Shown here one piece after another: positions 24,750 through 38,962 of a stretch of DNA of 64,000 bases; positions within the stretch are counted from its first letter, which is position 1; each line of letters starts with the position of its first letter. Position numbers and translations under genes: made by a program. Below the pieces are notes generated by a model. That model was not told the origin of the DNA and ran no database searches. It saw nothing but the letters and a program-made list of their open reading frames with translations. Origin of the DNA: Octopus vulgaris (Eukaryota); contig OX597821.1 in assembly GCA_951406725.2 (NCBI GenBank), positions 25,606,001 through 25,670,000 of the forward strand, in the 5' to 3' direction.

Positions 24750-26500
24750 GATAAAGCTATAACAGCTAAGAGACAGGTTTGGAAAATCTGAAAAGAAGAT
24801 TGAAGCATAGGGCACTATAAATTATCTAGAAGGGAAGCTAGGTATCAAGTATACTCAGCCAACTCGGAAACAGAAAGGAAGAGATTTACACATGTTCTAC
24901 AGTATGAGAAACAGCGATGTGAGATGTTCTGGATTGCAAGAGAGCGTGCCAGGAAAAACCAGGATGTCACTGAGGAGAAGTATATCCAGAATGATTGAAG
25001 CATAGTGCTTCAATAGCCTTAGTGCTGCTGATGCAAAAAAATGAACAACTATTAAGAGAAGTTATTGAATGAACAGAGACAAGGGTCTGCCTCATGATGA
25101 CCCAATAGAGGAACTAGAAATTCAAGTTAGCTGCAGGATGGTAGATAGATTGATTAAATATATGAATATAAGTAAAGTTACAGGCTTACTGGGGATAGGT
25201 TTTGAGACTAAATATCTGGTGAAGTACCCGAATGTGGTATGATAGTAAACTGCTACAAGGGCAAAGGAGATGCATTAGAGAGAGGAAATTACAGAGGTAT
25301 CAAGTTGTTGAAAACAGATTATGAAGGTTTTAGAAAAAGCCATGGAATAATTGATCAGGAACAAATTTAGACTAGTTGAGATGTTGTGTAGCTTTATGCT
25401 TCAAAGAGTTACTACTGTGCCATCATCCTAATGAGACAACTGCAGGAAAAATATTTAGCTAAGAGTAAGCAGTTATATGTAGTATTCATTGACTTAGAGA
25501 AGGCCATTGATAAGGTATCGAACTCAGTAATCAGATGATCTTTAAGGAAACAAGGTGTAGATAAATGACTTGTGAATGACTTGTACAAGCTATGTAAAAA
25601 GTTACAGTCAGTCAAGTGAGAGTCAGTGATGACTTTAGCATGAAAGTAGAGATTCAACAAGGTGTAATCCTCAGCCAACTGCTTTTCATTATAATCTTAC
25701 AGGCCATCACAAAGGAGTTCAAGACCAGCTGTCTATATGAACTATGTGTTGATGATCTACCACTTGTAGCTGAATCTATAGTAGAAAAATTAGAGAAACA
25801 ATTACAGACATGAAAGCTAAAATTACAATCAATAGTCCTCAAAATAAACTTAGCAAAGACTAAGGTATTAGAAGGAAAGAAGACATGATCTCAATTCTAC
25901 CAGGTAAATGGTTTTGCCTGATTTGCAGAAACGTAGTAGCTTACACTAAGCACAGGGTAAGCTATGGATGTAGAAGAAATGTAGTGGATTAATAAGCAGG
26001 CTTTGTATGTGGCAGATGCATTGGAGTAATAACCAAGAACACACTTTAAACAGATTCTCTAAATGTTCAGCTTGTAGTTTTATAGCTTCTGTTACCTAAG
26101 TGGCATAATTAACAGAGGAGGTAGTTATTCCCGAAGTTTAATAATTAGAGTAAGAAGAGGTTAGCAAAAGTTGAGGAGCAGATTGAATGCCTCTTATGTT
26201 CAAACTGATATGCTGCATGGTAGTGACACTTATGCCTTGAATGCAGGACACTTGCAAAGGCAAGAAAGAAATGGATGTGCAGTGTTGATGTGCATGCATG
26301 CTAGAGTACAAAGAGCTGAGGGTAAAACAACTGAGTATTAGGAGAATCAAGTGTAGTGTGCAAGAGAGAAGGCTGCATTGGTGTAGGCATGTGATGCTTA
26401 TAGAGAATGATTACTGCATGAGGAAGTGTCATGCATCCAAAATTAGTAGAATCCATGAAACGGGGAGAGTGAGGAAGATTTGGGAAGAAATAGTGAAGCT
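24750..26500 (+). mobile_element. Degenerate RTE-clade LINE
   Basis: VEIQQGVILSQLLFIIILQAITKEFKT..L.VDDL and VQERRLHWCRHV are homologous to RTE RT, with many stops. Confidence 0.85.
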
Positions 26501-27333
26501 GACACATTCTTACATGTGTCAGATGTCATTTGTTGGGACAAATTTTCTAAAGCCAGATGTACTTGTCTCTAATCCTTACCTGTTTCCAATCAAGGTAATA
26601 TTTCCACATGTTCAGACATGTTCTACACTGAAGGTTGGAAACAATGGGCACTGCATGCATGACAGTGACACTCAATTACAGCCATCACAAGAAGACACTA
26701 ATGCACTCGTGCAAACACACATGCATACATTCACGCATGCATGCACACACACACACAATATATACAAATATATGTATGTATGTTTCCAGTAGTTATCTTG
26801 GACTTCCTGCACCCCTCCATTTTGCTGCCTGAGCCCAACAAGCTAGGTTTCTGTAAGCTGCCTATGAAACTTGCATGGGGCCTATGAAAGTTCCATGGGG
26901 CTGAATCAAACTGTTCTAAATAATAATCATCATCATCATTGTTCAACCGTGGTCGAGACAATGGAATTTACCATGCTACGCCAGACTTCACGGTCCATCA
27001 TGGCATTACACACACACACACACATGTATATATGTGCTGGTGATACATAAAAAGCATCCAGCACACTCTGTTAAGGGGTTGATGTTAGGAAGGGCATCCA
27101 CCCATAGAAATCATGCTACAACAGACAACTGGAGTCTGAACAGTTCCATGTCAAACTGCCACACAGCCATGCCAGTGCCTTTATTTGTACCCATGCTGGA
27201 ATTTGTACTGCCAACCATTATTCACCTTCCTCTAGACCAGTGGATCCCTTTGGTTCCTCTCTTACCTGAATGAGGGGGGATTTACCATAGTCATTCAATG
27301 TCTAAAAACTCCTCTTGTATTTTTTATGGTTAA

Positions 27334-27554
27334 CCCTTTAGCAGTTAAGCTAATTTATATCTGACCAAAATAATCTACCTGTATTATCTTTAGACTGGTT
27401 AAATCTGGCATTTCACACCTACCCTACAATGTCATTCCGAAAATAAACAACCACGTCATTGAAATCTCAAAGCTATGAAGTAATGCAGGACTAATTCATA
27501 TCAATGTGACTAAATAAGCATTACATTTGATAGAGCAATATGAATACTAAAGGG
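27334..27554. mobile_element. piggyBac-like MITE
   Basis: TTAA-CCCTTTAG ... CTAAAGGG-TTAA termini with a TTAA TSD. Confidence 0.75.
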
Positions 27555-27599
27555 TTAAATATGAGCAACTACATTGTTAAAATATTTTATATATTGTAG

Positions 27600-27858
27600 A
27601 GCGAGGTTGTTTATGGAAGACCAGCAGTCACCCATGCATACCGGTTTCCTCTCTCCACACCACTGATGTTACCCAAGGGAAAGGCAAAGGGGCCGATACA
27701 GCTTGGCTCTAGTGATGTCATAACTCATTTCTACAGCTGAATGAACTGGAGCAATGAGACATAAAGTGCCTTGCTCAAGAATACAACACACAGCCTGGTC
27801 TGGGAATTGAACCCACTATCTCATAATTGTGAACCCGACGTCCAACCACTGAGACATG
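27600..27858 (-). mobile_element. tRNA-derived SINE family 3
   Basis: Minus-strand A/B boxes (TCTCAGTGG; GGTTCAATTCC) and TTCTTGAGCAAGGCACTT; related plus-strand copy at ~35351-35580. Confidence 0.7.
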
Positions 27859-28835
27859 CGTCTTCGTTGTAGAAATATAACCAGTTTATTGCAAATGAAT
27901 TTTAACAACAAAATCTTATGCGCACCCCCCCTCCTCTCCTCCAAGGGCCATATAGACCTAACTTGAGAACCACTTCTATTTGTCACCCCCTCCCCTCCCC
28001 CAAGGGCCATATAGACTTAACTTGAGAACCACTTGTTTTGCTTTGTTCACATCTATTACCCATCACTCTTCTCCTGTTTATAATAACTCCTTCTCTACCA
28101 CCCTACTCTTGCTTCTTTCACCCACCCATTCTGGCTTTCTACAACTCCACTCCTCAATTACATTACCTAAGCAAAACTACACATCTTAGGTTACTGAGTA
28201 CTGGACACTTATAGTATGTAATGGTATCCCCTCCACATATGCTGATGCCATGAGGGAAAACCTCCCACATACACCAACACACAAACACCACAGTCAAAAC
28301 CCCTTGCACACCCTCTGGAATGATTGGTGAGCAAACAGAAGTAGTGTTGAGATGTTCTCTTGTCCAGTTTCACTAAGGACTATGCATCCTCTCTAGGGCT
28401 AGTCACAAAAAATAACCCAGTACACTCTCTAAGATGAGAGTGATGAGTAATTGAGTAGAGAAAGCTAGGGCTTGTATGTTCCTTTTAGTCCTAACTTGCC
28501 TTGGAAATATCAGCCTCTTTACTCTGAAAGTTGTTGGTGATAGGAAGGGCATCTGGTAACAGAAACCAGACCAAAATGACATGCACAAGCAGCAGTCTAT
28601 AATAACAGTGAGTCCCAACAAGAAGGGACTCACATTGTGATGACCCATGTCCACCAAGGAAAACGCACATATTAAATGATAATGATATGTATGTGTGCGA
28701 GTTTGCACACACACATGTATAATGTTATGTATATATGTGTATGTAACTGTATGGTAGGAAGCTTACTTCCCAACCACATGCTTTCAGATTCAGTCATACA
28801 GTGTGGCACCTTGAACAAGTGTCTTCTACTATAGA

Positions 28836-28890
<55 letters not shown>

Positions 28891-28891
28891 A

Positions 28892-28928
<37 letters not shown>

Positions 28929-28947
28929 TGTATATATATGTATATAA

Positions 28948-28979
<32 letters not shown>

Positions 28980-29018
28980 GTATATAAATATGTATATATG
29001 TATATATATATATATGTA

Positions 29019-29072
<54 letters not shown>

Positions 29073-29089
29073 TACATACATATATATAT

Positions 29090-29590
29090 ATTTGTTTTAA
29101 ATATTTTAATTAATTGTATCTTATTTTTTATTCTATTTTTATATTTAAACGAGAATATATTTAAGGCATTTCGTATTTTACAAGATTATATACATTTATT
29201 TATTAATTTATCTTATAAATTATTTTATTGTTTTTATCTTTAACCTGAAGAGTGGCTATATTTATATTGAAGTGATTTTACTACTACTACTATTATTATT
29301 ACTATTATCATTTCTTAAATATAGCCACGAAACACATGTCATTATTCTACCAAATATATAGATTTTATTTATTATTTTGCACATTATTTAAACATTGTTA
29401 TATGTTTTATCTTATATTTAATCTTTCTATATGTAATATTTCTAAATGGTATAATTTAATTTTTCATTATTGAATTGATAAAAGGTGAATTTTTTCTAAT
29501 TTATATATATATATTATCTTTTGTGAAATTTGATTTAATATTTCTAAATTGAATGTTTCCCTGTAAGTTTGAAATAATATTCCGTCATAT
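29090..29590 (+). mobile_element. AT-rich non-coding repeat carrying a hammerhead-like motif (Penelope-like/retrozyme-like relic)
   Basis: CTGAAGA (29245) - GTGGCTATATTTA...TAAATATAGCCAC (13-bp stem) - GAAA (29329). The downstream AT-rich part is homologous to 32640-32780. Confidence 0.6.
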
Positions 29591-29604
29591 TATTATTATA
29601 TATA

Positions 29605-29659
<55 letters not shown>

Positions 29660-31241
29660 GCCACGTTCGGATGGTGCTTTTTACGTACTACCAGCACAGG
29701 TATCTCAACTACAATTTCCATTTGATTTTTATTTTGATGTTGATGTACTTAACTCAATAGGTCTCCTCAAGTACAGCAGGTCACCCTATGATCAAAGGTA
29801 AGCATAGCAGGCCGTCCTGCAATCCAAGGTATTTGGGATGGGCTGGGGCTGCTATGTGAAGCTGGTGCAGGAAACAGCCATGAACTACGTTATTTGTCGG
29901 GTCTTCGCAGTCACAGAATATCTTCTGAGGTTTCAGTCTTTCGTCATTGCCTCTGTGAGACCCAACGTTCAGAGGTCGTGCTTGACCACCTCATCCCATG
30001 TCTTCCTGGATCTACCCAGATTCCTTCAACTGTTTGGGAGTGGCACTTCTTCACACATCTCTCCTCATCCATTCGTAGTACATGACCATACCAGTGCAAA
30101 CGTCTCTCTTGCATGCCACATCCGATGTTGCTTATGTCCGGCATTACTCTCAGGGTGCTTACACTCTGTCGTGTGTGCACACTAACATTATACATCCAGC
30201 AGATCATGCTAGCTTCATTTCTTTCAAGCCTACGCATGTCCTCAGCAGTCACAGCCCGTGTTTCACTACCATGAAGCATGGCAGTTCACACACATGCATC
30301 GTACAATCTACCTTTTACTCTGAGCGAGAGACCCTTTGTCACCAGTAGGGGTAGAAGCTTTCTAAACTTTGCCCAGGCTATTCATATTCTAGTGGTGACA
30401 CTCTCTGAGCATCCACCTCCACTACTAACTTGGTCACCTAGGTAGCAGAAACTATCAACTACTTCTAGTTTCTCCCCCTGGAGTGTGATGGAATCTGTTT
30501 TCTGAGTATCTGCCGCACATAAAAGCTATCTTCTCAGTTAAATTTCCTTTGATGTTGCTGCACCTTATGCATCCATAGCTTACACTGGGTACATCTTATG
30601 GAGTTTCTACCTACACCTTTTCTACAGATCGAGCAGGGCCACCTACTTGAGGGTGTGTGTGATGAGTTCGCCTTCCTACTGACTATAACTTTGATCTTTG
30701 CTTCATTGACCCTAAGGCCTTTTGATTCTACACTTAGCTTCCATGTCCAAAATTTCTTCTCTAGTTCCAGTAGTGATTTTGCCATGAAGGCCAGATCATC
30801 AGCATAGAGGAGCTCCCAGGGGCAACCCGTCTTGAATTCCTCTGTTATTGCCTGGAGGACTATGATGAATAAAAGGGAACTGAGGGCTGAACCTTGGTGG
30901 ACCCCTACTTCTACACGGAATTCTTCACTATACTCGTTGCCAATCCTAACCTTACTAACGGCCTCTCTGTATAGGGCCTGTACATCCCTTATTAACCATT
31001 TGTCAATCTCCAGTTTCCTCATTGCCCACCAGATAAGGTATCGGGGGACCCTGTCAAAGGCTTTCTCCAAGTCCACGAAAGCTAAGTAGGGGGGTTTATC
31101 TTTCGCTAGATATTTCTCATGCAGTTGTCGAACCAGGAATATGGCATCAGTGGTGCTTCTACCCAGAACAAAACCGAACTGCATCTCATCTAAGCAGACT
31201 CTCTCTCTAATGAGATGGGCTATGACCCTCACCGTGACCAT
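29660..31241 (-). mobile_element. RTE-clade LINE, 5'-truncated (RT core to 3' UTR)
   Basis: ORF 30534-31241 has [34 protein letters not shown] and LLYADD. ORF 29944-30279 has LHGSET and RRLHWYGHV. Both sides are flanked by (TA)n. Confidence 0.95.
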
Positions 31242-31284
31242 ATATATATGTGTATATATATATGTGTGTGTGTGTGTATATATG

Positions 31285-31349
<65 letters not shown>

Positions 31350-31356
31350 GTATATA

Positions 31357-31419
<63 letters not shown>

Positions 31420-31420
<1 letters not shown>

Positions 31421-32780
31421 TTTAAGAACGCTAAGTAATACGTTTTTAGTTTTTAAATATATTCGAAAAGATAAGTATACAGTTTATTTAAGAATTAATG
31501 GTGTAATTTATATGATTATTGATAGAATAAATATTGATTTCTAATTTTTTTATTTGTTAATTATAATTGCAATATGTACATGTATTTAATTATTATTATT
31601 TCTATAATTATTATATGTGAACTATGATCTAAAAGTATTGAGTGTGGTTGCTTTGTGAAATAGTTTGTAATGTAAAATATAATAGTATAGGTAGTGAAAA
31701 GTTTTTCTTTTTTGTACTATTGGATTTAATTATAATAATAAGTACTTTCGTTATTCCCTTAATAAGTGAAATATTAGATCTAGACATATAAACGCTAAGT
31801 TATACATTTTTTAATTTAAAATATTTTTTAGTTCATAAATATCTTTGAAAAAATAAGTATACATTTTATTTAAGAAATAATGTTGAAATTTATATGATAA
31901 TTGATTTAAAAATATGTATTTCTAATTTTTTATTTGTTAATTATAATGTAAGATATCTACTTTTATTTAATTATTCATATTATAATATATTGTTGAAATA
32001 TATACAAAATACTATTACAGGGTTGTGGCTGCCAAGTTGTTGATATAAGATATATTATAAGTTTTGTATAGAGTTTAGTACATAGTTTGTATCAGATCAA
32101 ATAAGATGTTTATTTAATTAATAAATTAATATATAATTTATTTAATTAATAAACATAGATTAAATTATAGTAATTTAGCTTAACTTAAGTATATGATTTA
32201 TTTTAAGTATTTTTATTTTAATTAATTGGACTGTTATATTTTTCCAGTAAAGATATACTATGGTTTGTTTAAATAATTCTCAAAGCTAAAATATATCTTC
32301 ACAGATAAAATATATATTTCTATCTATTAACTCTATTTTTTTTACCTTAGGTTTTTAATGTGATAAATGTATTATAAATACCTCGTCCTACATTTTAAGT
32401 TTCAAATTTAGTTAACAGAGTTTCTTCTATAAGAAGAATCATGTTTTTATTTCTTTAAGAAATATTGTTTAATTCTGTTTATGTATTAAAAATATGTATT
32501 TATTTAACTATAATTGTTGTTATTGTTGACCTGAGGAGTGACTATACTTTCTAATTGAAGTCTTTTTGGTTTGATTAAATTTAAATTTAATTGTAATTTG
32601 AATTGAACTTATAGCCACGAAATATACATAGTCTTTTTCCTTATTATATACTGTTTATTTATTATGTACTTTTTGTGATCTAGATAAATGTTTTATCATA
32701 TATTTTTTCTATATGATATGTTTTATGTCTGTCATTGTTTGAATTACATAATAGTGGTTTTTCTCTAATTTATATATATC
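31420..32780 (+). mobile_element. AT-rich element with an internal ~360 bp-period duplication and a 3' hammerhead-like motif
   Basis: 31427-31600 resembles 31790-31980. The motif reads GAC-CTGAGGA (32531)-GTGACTATA...TATAGCCAC-GAAA (32619)-TATACATA-GTC. Confidence 0.6.
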
Positions 32781-32853
32781 ATATGAACATATATATATAT
32801 ATATTTATACATATGTATATATATGTATATATAACTCCGTATGTATATACAGA

Positions 32854-32890
<37 letters not shown>

Positions 32891-33310
32891 TAGAAATATT
32901 GAATTTCTAAATGTCTCAGAGAGACATGAGCAGTGGTGGAGTGATATAGTGGTCGTATACAGTCAACTCAATGTGACAGTCCCGTAAGGGAATTACACCA
33001 CCGCCATTTAGCCCTAGGAAACATTGATGTTTCCTGTCGGCTTTGACACATTTTCTGTGTCCTTATATATTGCAATATTTTCACCAATTTCAATATCATG
33101 ATTAGTGAAACACAAACTGGTCGACTATCATAATATTCCAAATTGTGTGCATTTTCCTTCTTTTATTATATATTTTTTCATTATAACTCACCACATGGGG
33201 AAACTCACTTCAACATAATTTTTTATTACTTTATATATATATATAACATATGGTATAATTATAAACAGGGCAAAATTTAGCCATTTCTCTACAGACTGAA
33301 AAATTATGAA

Positions 33311-33358
33311 CAACCTTAATCGATTTTCGAACCTTATTGGGTTCTCATCAGAAGTGTC
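33311..33358 (-). ncRNA. Minimal type I hammerhead ribozyme motif (Penelope-type)
   Basis: The minus strand reads ACACTT-CTGATGA-GAACC-CAATAA-GGTTC-GAA-AATCGATT-A-AGGT. The core is intact, stem II is 5 bp, stem III is palindromic and the cleavage triplet is UUA. Confidence 0.75.
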
Positions 33359-35067
33359 TACATCATTCTGACAATCTCCAGAGAAACAAGCAGTCAAACT
33401 TTTTATATACTCAACAAATGCAGCAGTTACTCTATGAAGGAGTCCATAATTTGCATACACGTATGATACACATATGCATATATATGTGTGTGTGTGTCTA
33501 TGCATGTATATGCAGGCCTGGCTGTATACTTAAGTAGTTCACTTTGCAAACCTGTGGCCTTGGATCCATTTCGAATGCACTGAGCCGTGAGCAAGTGTCT
33601 TTTACTACATAGCGCCGTGCCAGAACAAACTGAGAGAAGGTCTTCAGTTATGTGTATACTCTTTCCTTCTATATTCTTAACAGTAATACCAATGAAACAA
33701 ACCAGATGCATTTGTATGACAGGGCCTTTAGGGTCATACAATCTGCAGTGGCTAGCTTCCTGAAACACATGACTTTATATCATTATATAAAGTATAAATA
33801 TTGATTACACTTTGTGTGTGTGTGTGTGTTCGTGCAAGTGTATATGTAAGTATATTCATGCATCTTTATGTTTATCATATGATATAATAAACATTTTTTT
33901 CCTATTCTGCAAGTATTACGTTTTATATCAGATAATATTTGGTGTATGCAAATATTTACTCTGCTGGGTGGTTGGAGTTTGGAAGGGCATCCAGCTGTGA
34001 AAACTGTGCCAAAATAGACACAGAAGTCTGGTCAGCTCCTATCAAACCATCCAACTGTTGCCAGCATGGAAGGTAAATGTTAAACGATGATGGTCATGAT
34101 GATATATATGTGTTTGGCAATTGAAGGTGTCATCATCATCATCTTTGTTTTACAGCCACTCTCTTTGCTGGTGTAGGTTGTCATTGTCAGTATTAGCACA
34201 TATTTAAGGAACTGGTCACCGTGGCATATTTGGAGAACTACAGTTCTGTTTTGGTTTCTATGACTGTATGCCCTTCCTAACACCAGCTAATTTACAAAAT
34301 ATAACCAGCACCACTTTTGGTGCACCAGCACTTGAGAGGCGTCATATCCTTGATATGACTTAGTGGTTAGGGTATTTATTTGTCTCACAATCATCAGTTC
34401 GTAAGTTTGATTCCTGAGTAAGACACTTTATTTCATGTTGCTCCAGTTCACTCAGGTGACACTCTATTTTGCATTGCTCTAGTCCACTCAGTAATAAAAA
34501 TAATCAGTGGTTTGAATAAGTGTATATAGTGAAGACAATGTAACCAAGAAGACAGAGCAAACATAATGTGGGAGGCAATATGATGACAGAGATCTGAAGT
34601 ATACACAAGAAAAGGGCAAGTGTACAACAATAGACATAGTGAGATGGGATAATGGCAGTACAGGAAGGAAAGGTGAAGGTAGAGTGAACAGGGCTTAGTT
34701 GATTCAGTGAGGTCTCATGTACAGACTTTGAAATGGGCTTGAGTGATGGTAGAGGAAATAGAAAGTAGGGAGGTCTTGTACCAATGAATGATATAAATGA
34801 TAGAGGTGGGTGGTAAAAATAAGGGGATGAGGGTAACAAGAAAGCAACAGGTAGAGGTTAAAGGGTATCAAAGTGTTGGAGAGGTAGAAATGCAAATGTG
34901 TGTGTGTATATATATTATTTCAAAGAGCATCAAGTTCAAAAAGGAGCTGTGTCCTGCCACTTAAAATAAGTGAATGAAAATATTTAATCCATAACCATTA
35001 GTCTGACAAAATATATTCTATTTTGCCTATAGCTCATTAGCAAAATAATATATTCTGTCAATTGTCA

Positions 35068-35284
35068 GGCGCAGGAGTGGCTGTGTGGTAAGTAGCTTGC
35101 TAACCAACCACATGGTTCCAAGTTCAGTCCCACTGTGTGGCATCTTGGGCAAGTGTCTTCTGCTATAGCCTCGGGCCGACCAATGCCTTGTGAGTGGATT
35201 TGGTAGACGGAAACTGAAAGAAGCCTGTCGTATACATGTATATGTATATGTTTGTGTGTCTGTGTTTGTCCCTCTAGCATTGCT
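35068..35284 (+). mobile_element. SINE family 1, 3'-truncated
   Basis: Head nearly identical to the 17002 copy. Confidence 0.85.
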
Positions 35285-38199
35285 ATGTATGTATGTATAT
35301 ATATATATATGTATGCATATATATGTATGTATATATATATATATATATAATGGCTCAGTGGTTAGGATGTTGGACTCATGATTATAAGATTGTGATTTCA
35401 ATTCACGGACTAGGTGAAGCATTGTATTCTTGAGCAAAACACTTCATTTCGTGTTGCTTCAGTCCACTCAGCTGGCAAAAATGAGCAGTCCTGTGACGGA
35501 CTGGTGTCCTTTCCAGATGTGGAATTTATATGCCATGGAAACCTTATAAGTCAGCATGACCTGAGAAGGTAACTTTACTTTTTCTTAAATGAAAGGCATT
35601 TGATTCCTGTTATACACAGCCTTTCTCTCAAGTCATCTCTACTATATTGTTCATGCATAATGATGAAACATTCAACAAATTATGCTCACCTTATTTCTTT
35701 CTAGCCCTCATAAGCCCTCTGACTTCAAAGGCTCAGGTTTCACAACCATATAACTTCATTTACAAACGACATACTACCTACCCTCCACTCTTACCTAAAG
35801 GAGAGGCTTTTTGATCCCAGCAAAGACCTTGAATTTTTTTCCTCAACTATTGTTACTGTTCTACTTCTCCAAACACACACCTTTTATATATGTATATATC
35901 ATCATCATCTTTTTTTCATGCCGACATGGGTTGGATGATTTAACAAAAGTAGATGAGCCAGAGGGGTTGTCAGGTTTTTGTGTGTATATACACACATGTA
36001 TGCATGTCTATCTGTATGTATGTATGTAAAGGTCTAATAATTGGTAGCATGAAGTGTAGAGAAAGCCTGCACTCTTATGCAAGTATGGCAGAAAGATCAC
36101 TGAAATGGGTAATGATTGTGGCTTAGATAATCTTGCTGCATTCATCCTCTATTCTCCCCTCCAACTTCTGTAATGCCTTCCCTCCTCCTTTTCTCTCAAT
36201 GATTTTATTACATTCATTCACTGCACCTACATTTCTCTGCCTCCCTTTCTCTCACTGACCCTCTCCTCATGTCTTCTTCATCTCCACAACATCCTCTCAT
36301 TTCTCTCTCTCTCTCTCTGCCCTGCAACAACACTCCAACCTCTCTTTCACTGAGCTTCACCCCACAGCTTCTCCAGCTCACCACCCTCATCCCTATCTCT
36401 TTCATACACCTGTTAAAGCAAATTACACATCCATATTGGTTTCGAATTTTGGCACAAGGCCAGCAAGTTCAGGGTAGGGGGCTAAGTAAATTACATCAAC
36501 AGGTACTTATTTTATCGACCCCAGAAGGATGAAAGGCATGGTCGACTTTGGCAGAATTTGAACTCAAAATCTAAAGATGGATGAAATGCCGCTAAGCATT
36601 TTGCCTGGTGTGCTAACAATTCTGCTAGCTTACTGTCTTATAATCACACGTCCATATTAAGTCCTACAATGTGAGACAGCACTGGACAACCATTACTCCA
36701 TCTTCCCAAAGGTCCTTACTACTGTATCTCTTTCTCACACAGCCCTGATATGGGTCTTTCCCTTCCCCTGTCCCATCCATTCCTTCCCCAACTGTACCTC
36801 TTCCGCTACTATTCATACCACTAACACTCTCTTACAACAATAAACATGTTCCTCCCATTACATTTTTACATTCACCTACAGTCATCAATCTCTCTCCTAT
36901 TCTCCCTCTTAGTCATAGTAACTCTTTAGTCTTGCTGGCTACAAGGCAATCTCACTAGTGCTGGTGCTATGGAAATAGTATGCAGTGCGTTCTGTAAAAT
37001 ATTTGGCAAATTGAGAAGAGAGGACTAAGGTTGAAAGGACTCTTCAGTCTTGCTAAGGGCATGGCAGCCACTCTAGCGATGGTATTATGAAAAATATGCG
37101 CCTTTTACACTAAGTAAAATGGTTGATATCAAGAAAGGCATTCAGACATAGAAGAACCATGTCAAAACAGAAATGTTTGAGCGAGATATGGTCCTCTGAC
37201 CTGTCAGATCCTGTAAAACTGTCTGACCCATGCCAGCATGGAAAACAGGCATGAAAATATGAGGATTTTCATCATCATTATAATCATCATTGTGTGGTTG
37301 AGAAGCTTACTTCACAACCATTTGGTTTCAGTGTCAATCCCACTGTGTGGCACCTTGGAAGACTCCTATAGCCCCAAGCTGACCAAAGCCTTCTGAGAGG
37401 ATTTGGTAGATGTAAAAAATAAAAGAAGCCTGTTGCTTGTATATGTATATGTATGTGTATGTTTGTGTGTACTCTTATCTTTGACACCATGTGATGACTG
37501 TGAATTAGCATCACTGTGTCATACAAGGTTGGGTATGAGAGGATGTTGTGGAGGTGAAGAAGATATGGGGAGAGGGTCAATGAGAGAGAAAAAAAAGGCA
37601 GTGGAATTTAGGAGCGGTGGATAAATGTAATAGGAACTCACTTGGGCTATGACACTTCACCCAACCTATATCGTTCTGTAGAGAAATGATGATAATGAAC
37701 TTGATGCGTTGTTGAGGAATTTGCCTTCATGTGATCTTGAGTCGAGCCCTACTGCGGGGCACCCTGGACAAGTGTCTTCTACTATAGCCCCAGGCCAAAC
37801 AAAGCCTTATGAATGGATTAGGTAGACAGAAACTGAAAGAAACCTGTCGTGTGTATTCATGTCTTGAAATCACGTTATTTTGTAAGAGAGCATCACCATT
37901 ATACAAACGATGTTATTCGTTTCTAGTCTTCCATGGAAAACATGCCTGGCCATGGGGAAATCATTATCTTACTTGGAAACAGGTGAGGGTTGACGATAGG
38001 AAGGGTAGCCAACCAGAGAAAATTTATATGAAAGCTTTCCATCTGATCCATGCAAACATGGAAAAGTGGACGCTAAATGACGATACGTTTCTATGTAAAT
38101 GTGTAAAAAGAAGAAGAATGAATGAAAGTGAAAGAAAATTCTAATTCTTAACAATCGACATTACATTAAGATAGACACATCCAATACTTCAATGAATGG

Positions 38200-38904
38200 T
38201 GCGAATATATTACGTTTGCGAAAATGACTCCAGGTAAACTCTTATAAATTGAGATTGCCCGAAGTTTCATAACTGACGCGGTATATACTTTTGAGGAAAT
38301 GCCATATTCTTTTCAAAGTGTTCCGTACGTAAGGTTGCATCGCTTGGTAGGATTGTCTTAACAGCTTTATAGGGACTCGGACAAACCAATGCAGTAGGGA
38401 CTCTACATGCACAACAACGGCATTCAGAGATTAGCTTTAGGCTCCTAAATCCGTAGGACCCTTTAGCAACTGCCTACTACGCGGCGATACCTTAACCCCC
38501 TGCGTGTTCAAATAATTTTCGTAAGTTTGCCCGATGCTTTTAGTTAGCCCGGACACCTGGAAAACATGTACAGTGCATCACAAGTGATACACAGAATAAG
38601 CAAGGTGGTCAGACGGCACTCATCGTTGGGGATTTGAGAAATGATTGACTGTATTTTAATGTAATAGATTTTCTTTGTTCTCTGGCAGTATATATACAAA
38701 AATTTAAAGATCGCCCACGCATAATTATATATATATATATATACACTAATTTATAATTATATCAAAGGGTGCGGATAAAACCCACCAACACGCTAGAAAT
38801 AGACGCCAAATGGCTCTAAAAACCGCCTACGTTAGCACAGGTTGCAAGCGGACATGTTATTAGTGACACGTTTGTATATATACGTGTATAACATGCATAC
38901 ATAC

Positions 38905-38962
<58 letters not shown>

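Noticed and set aside
27941-28033. 35-bp direct duplication
   Set aside because: An ordinary local slippage duplication with no further structure.
31420-32780. Possible mitochondrial insertion (very AT-rich)
   Set aside because: No recognisable mitochondrial gene or tRNA; it is homologous to another local repeat at 29090-29590.
33705-33737. Hairpin TTGTATGAC...GTCATACAA as a pre-miRNA
   Set aside because: The stem is only ~9 bp, and it matches no conserved miRNA I recognise.
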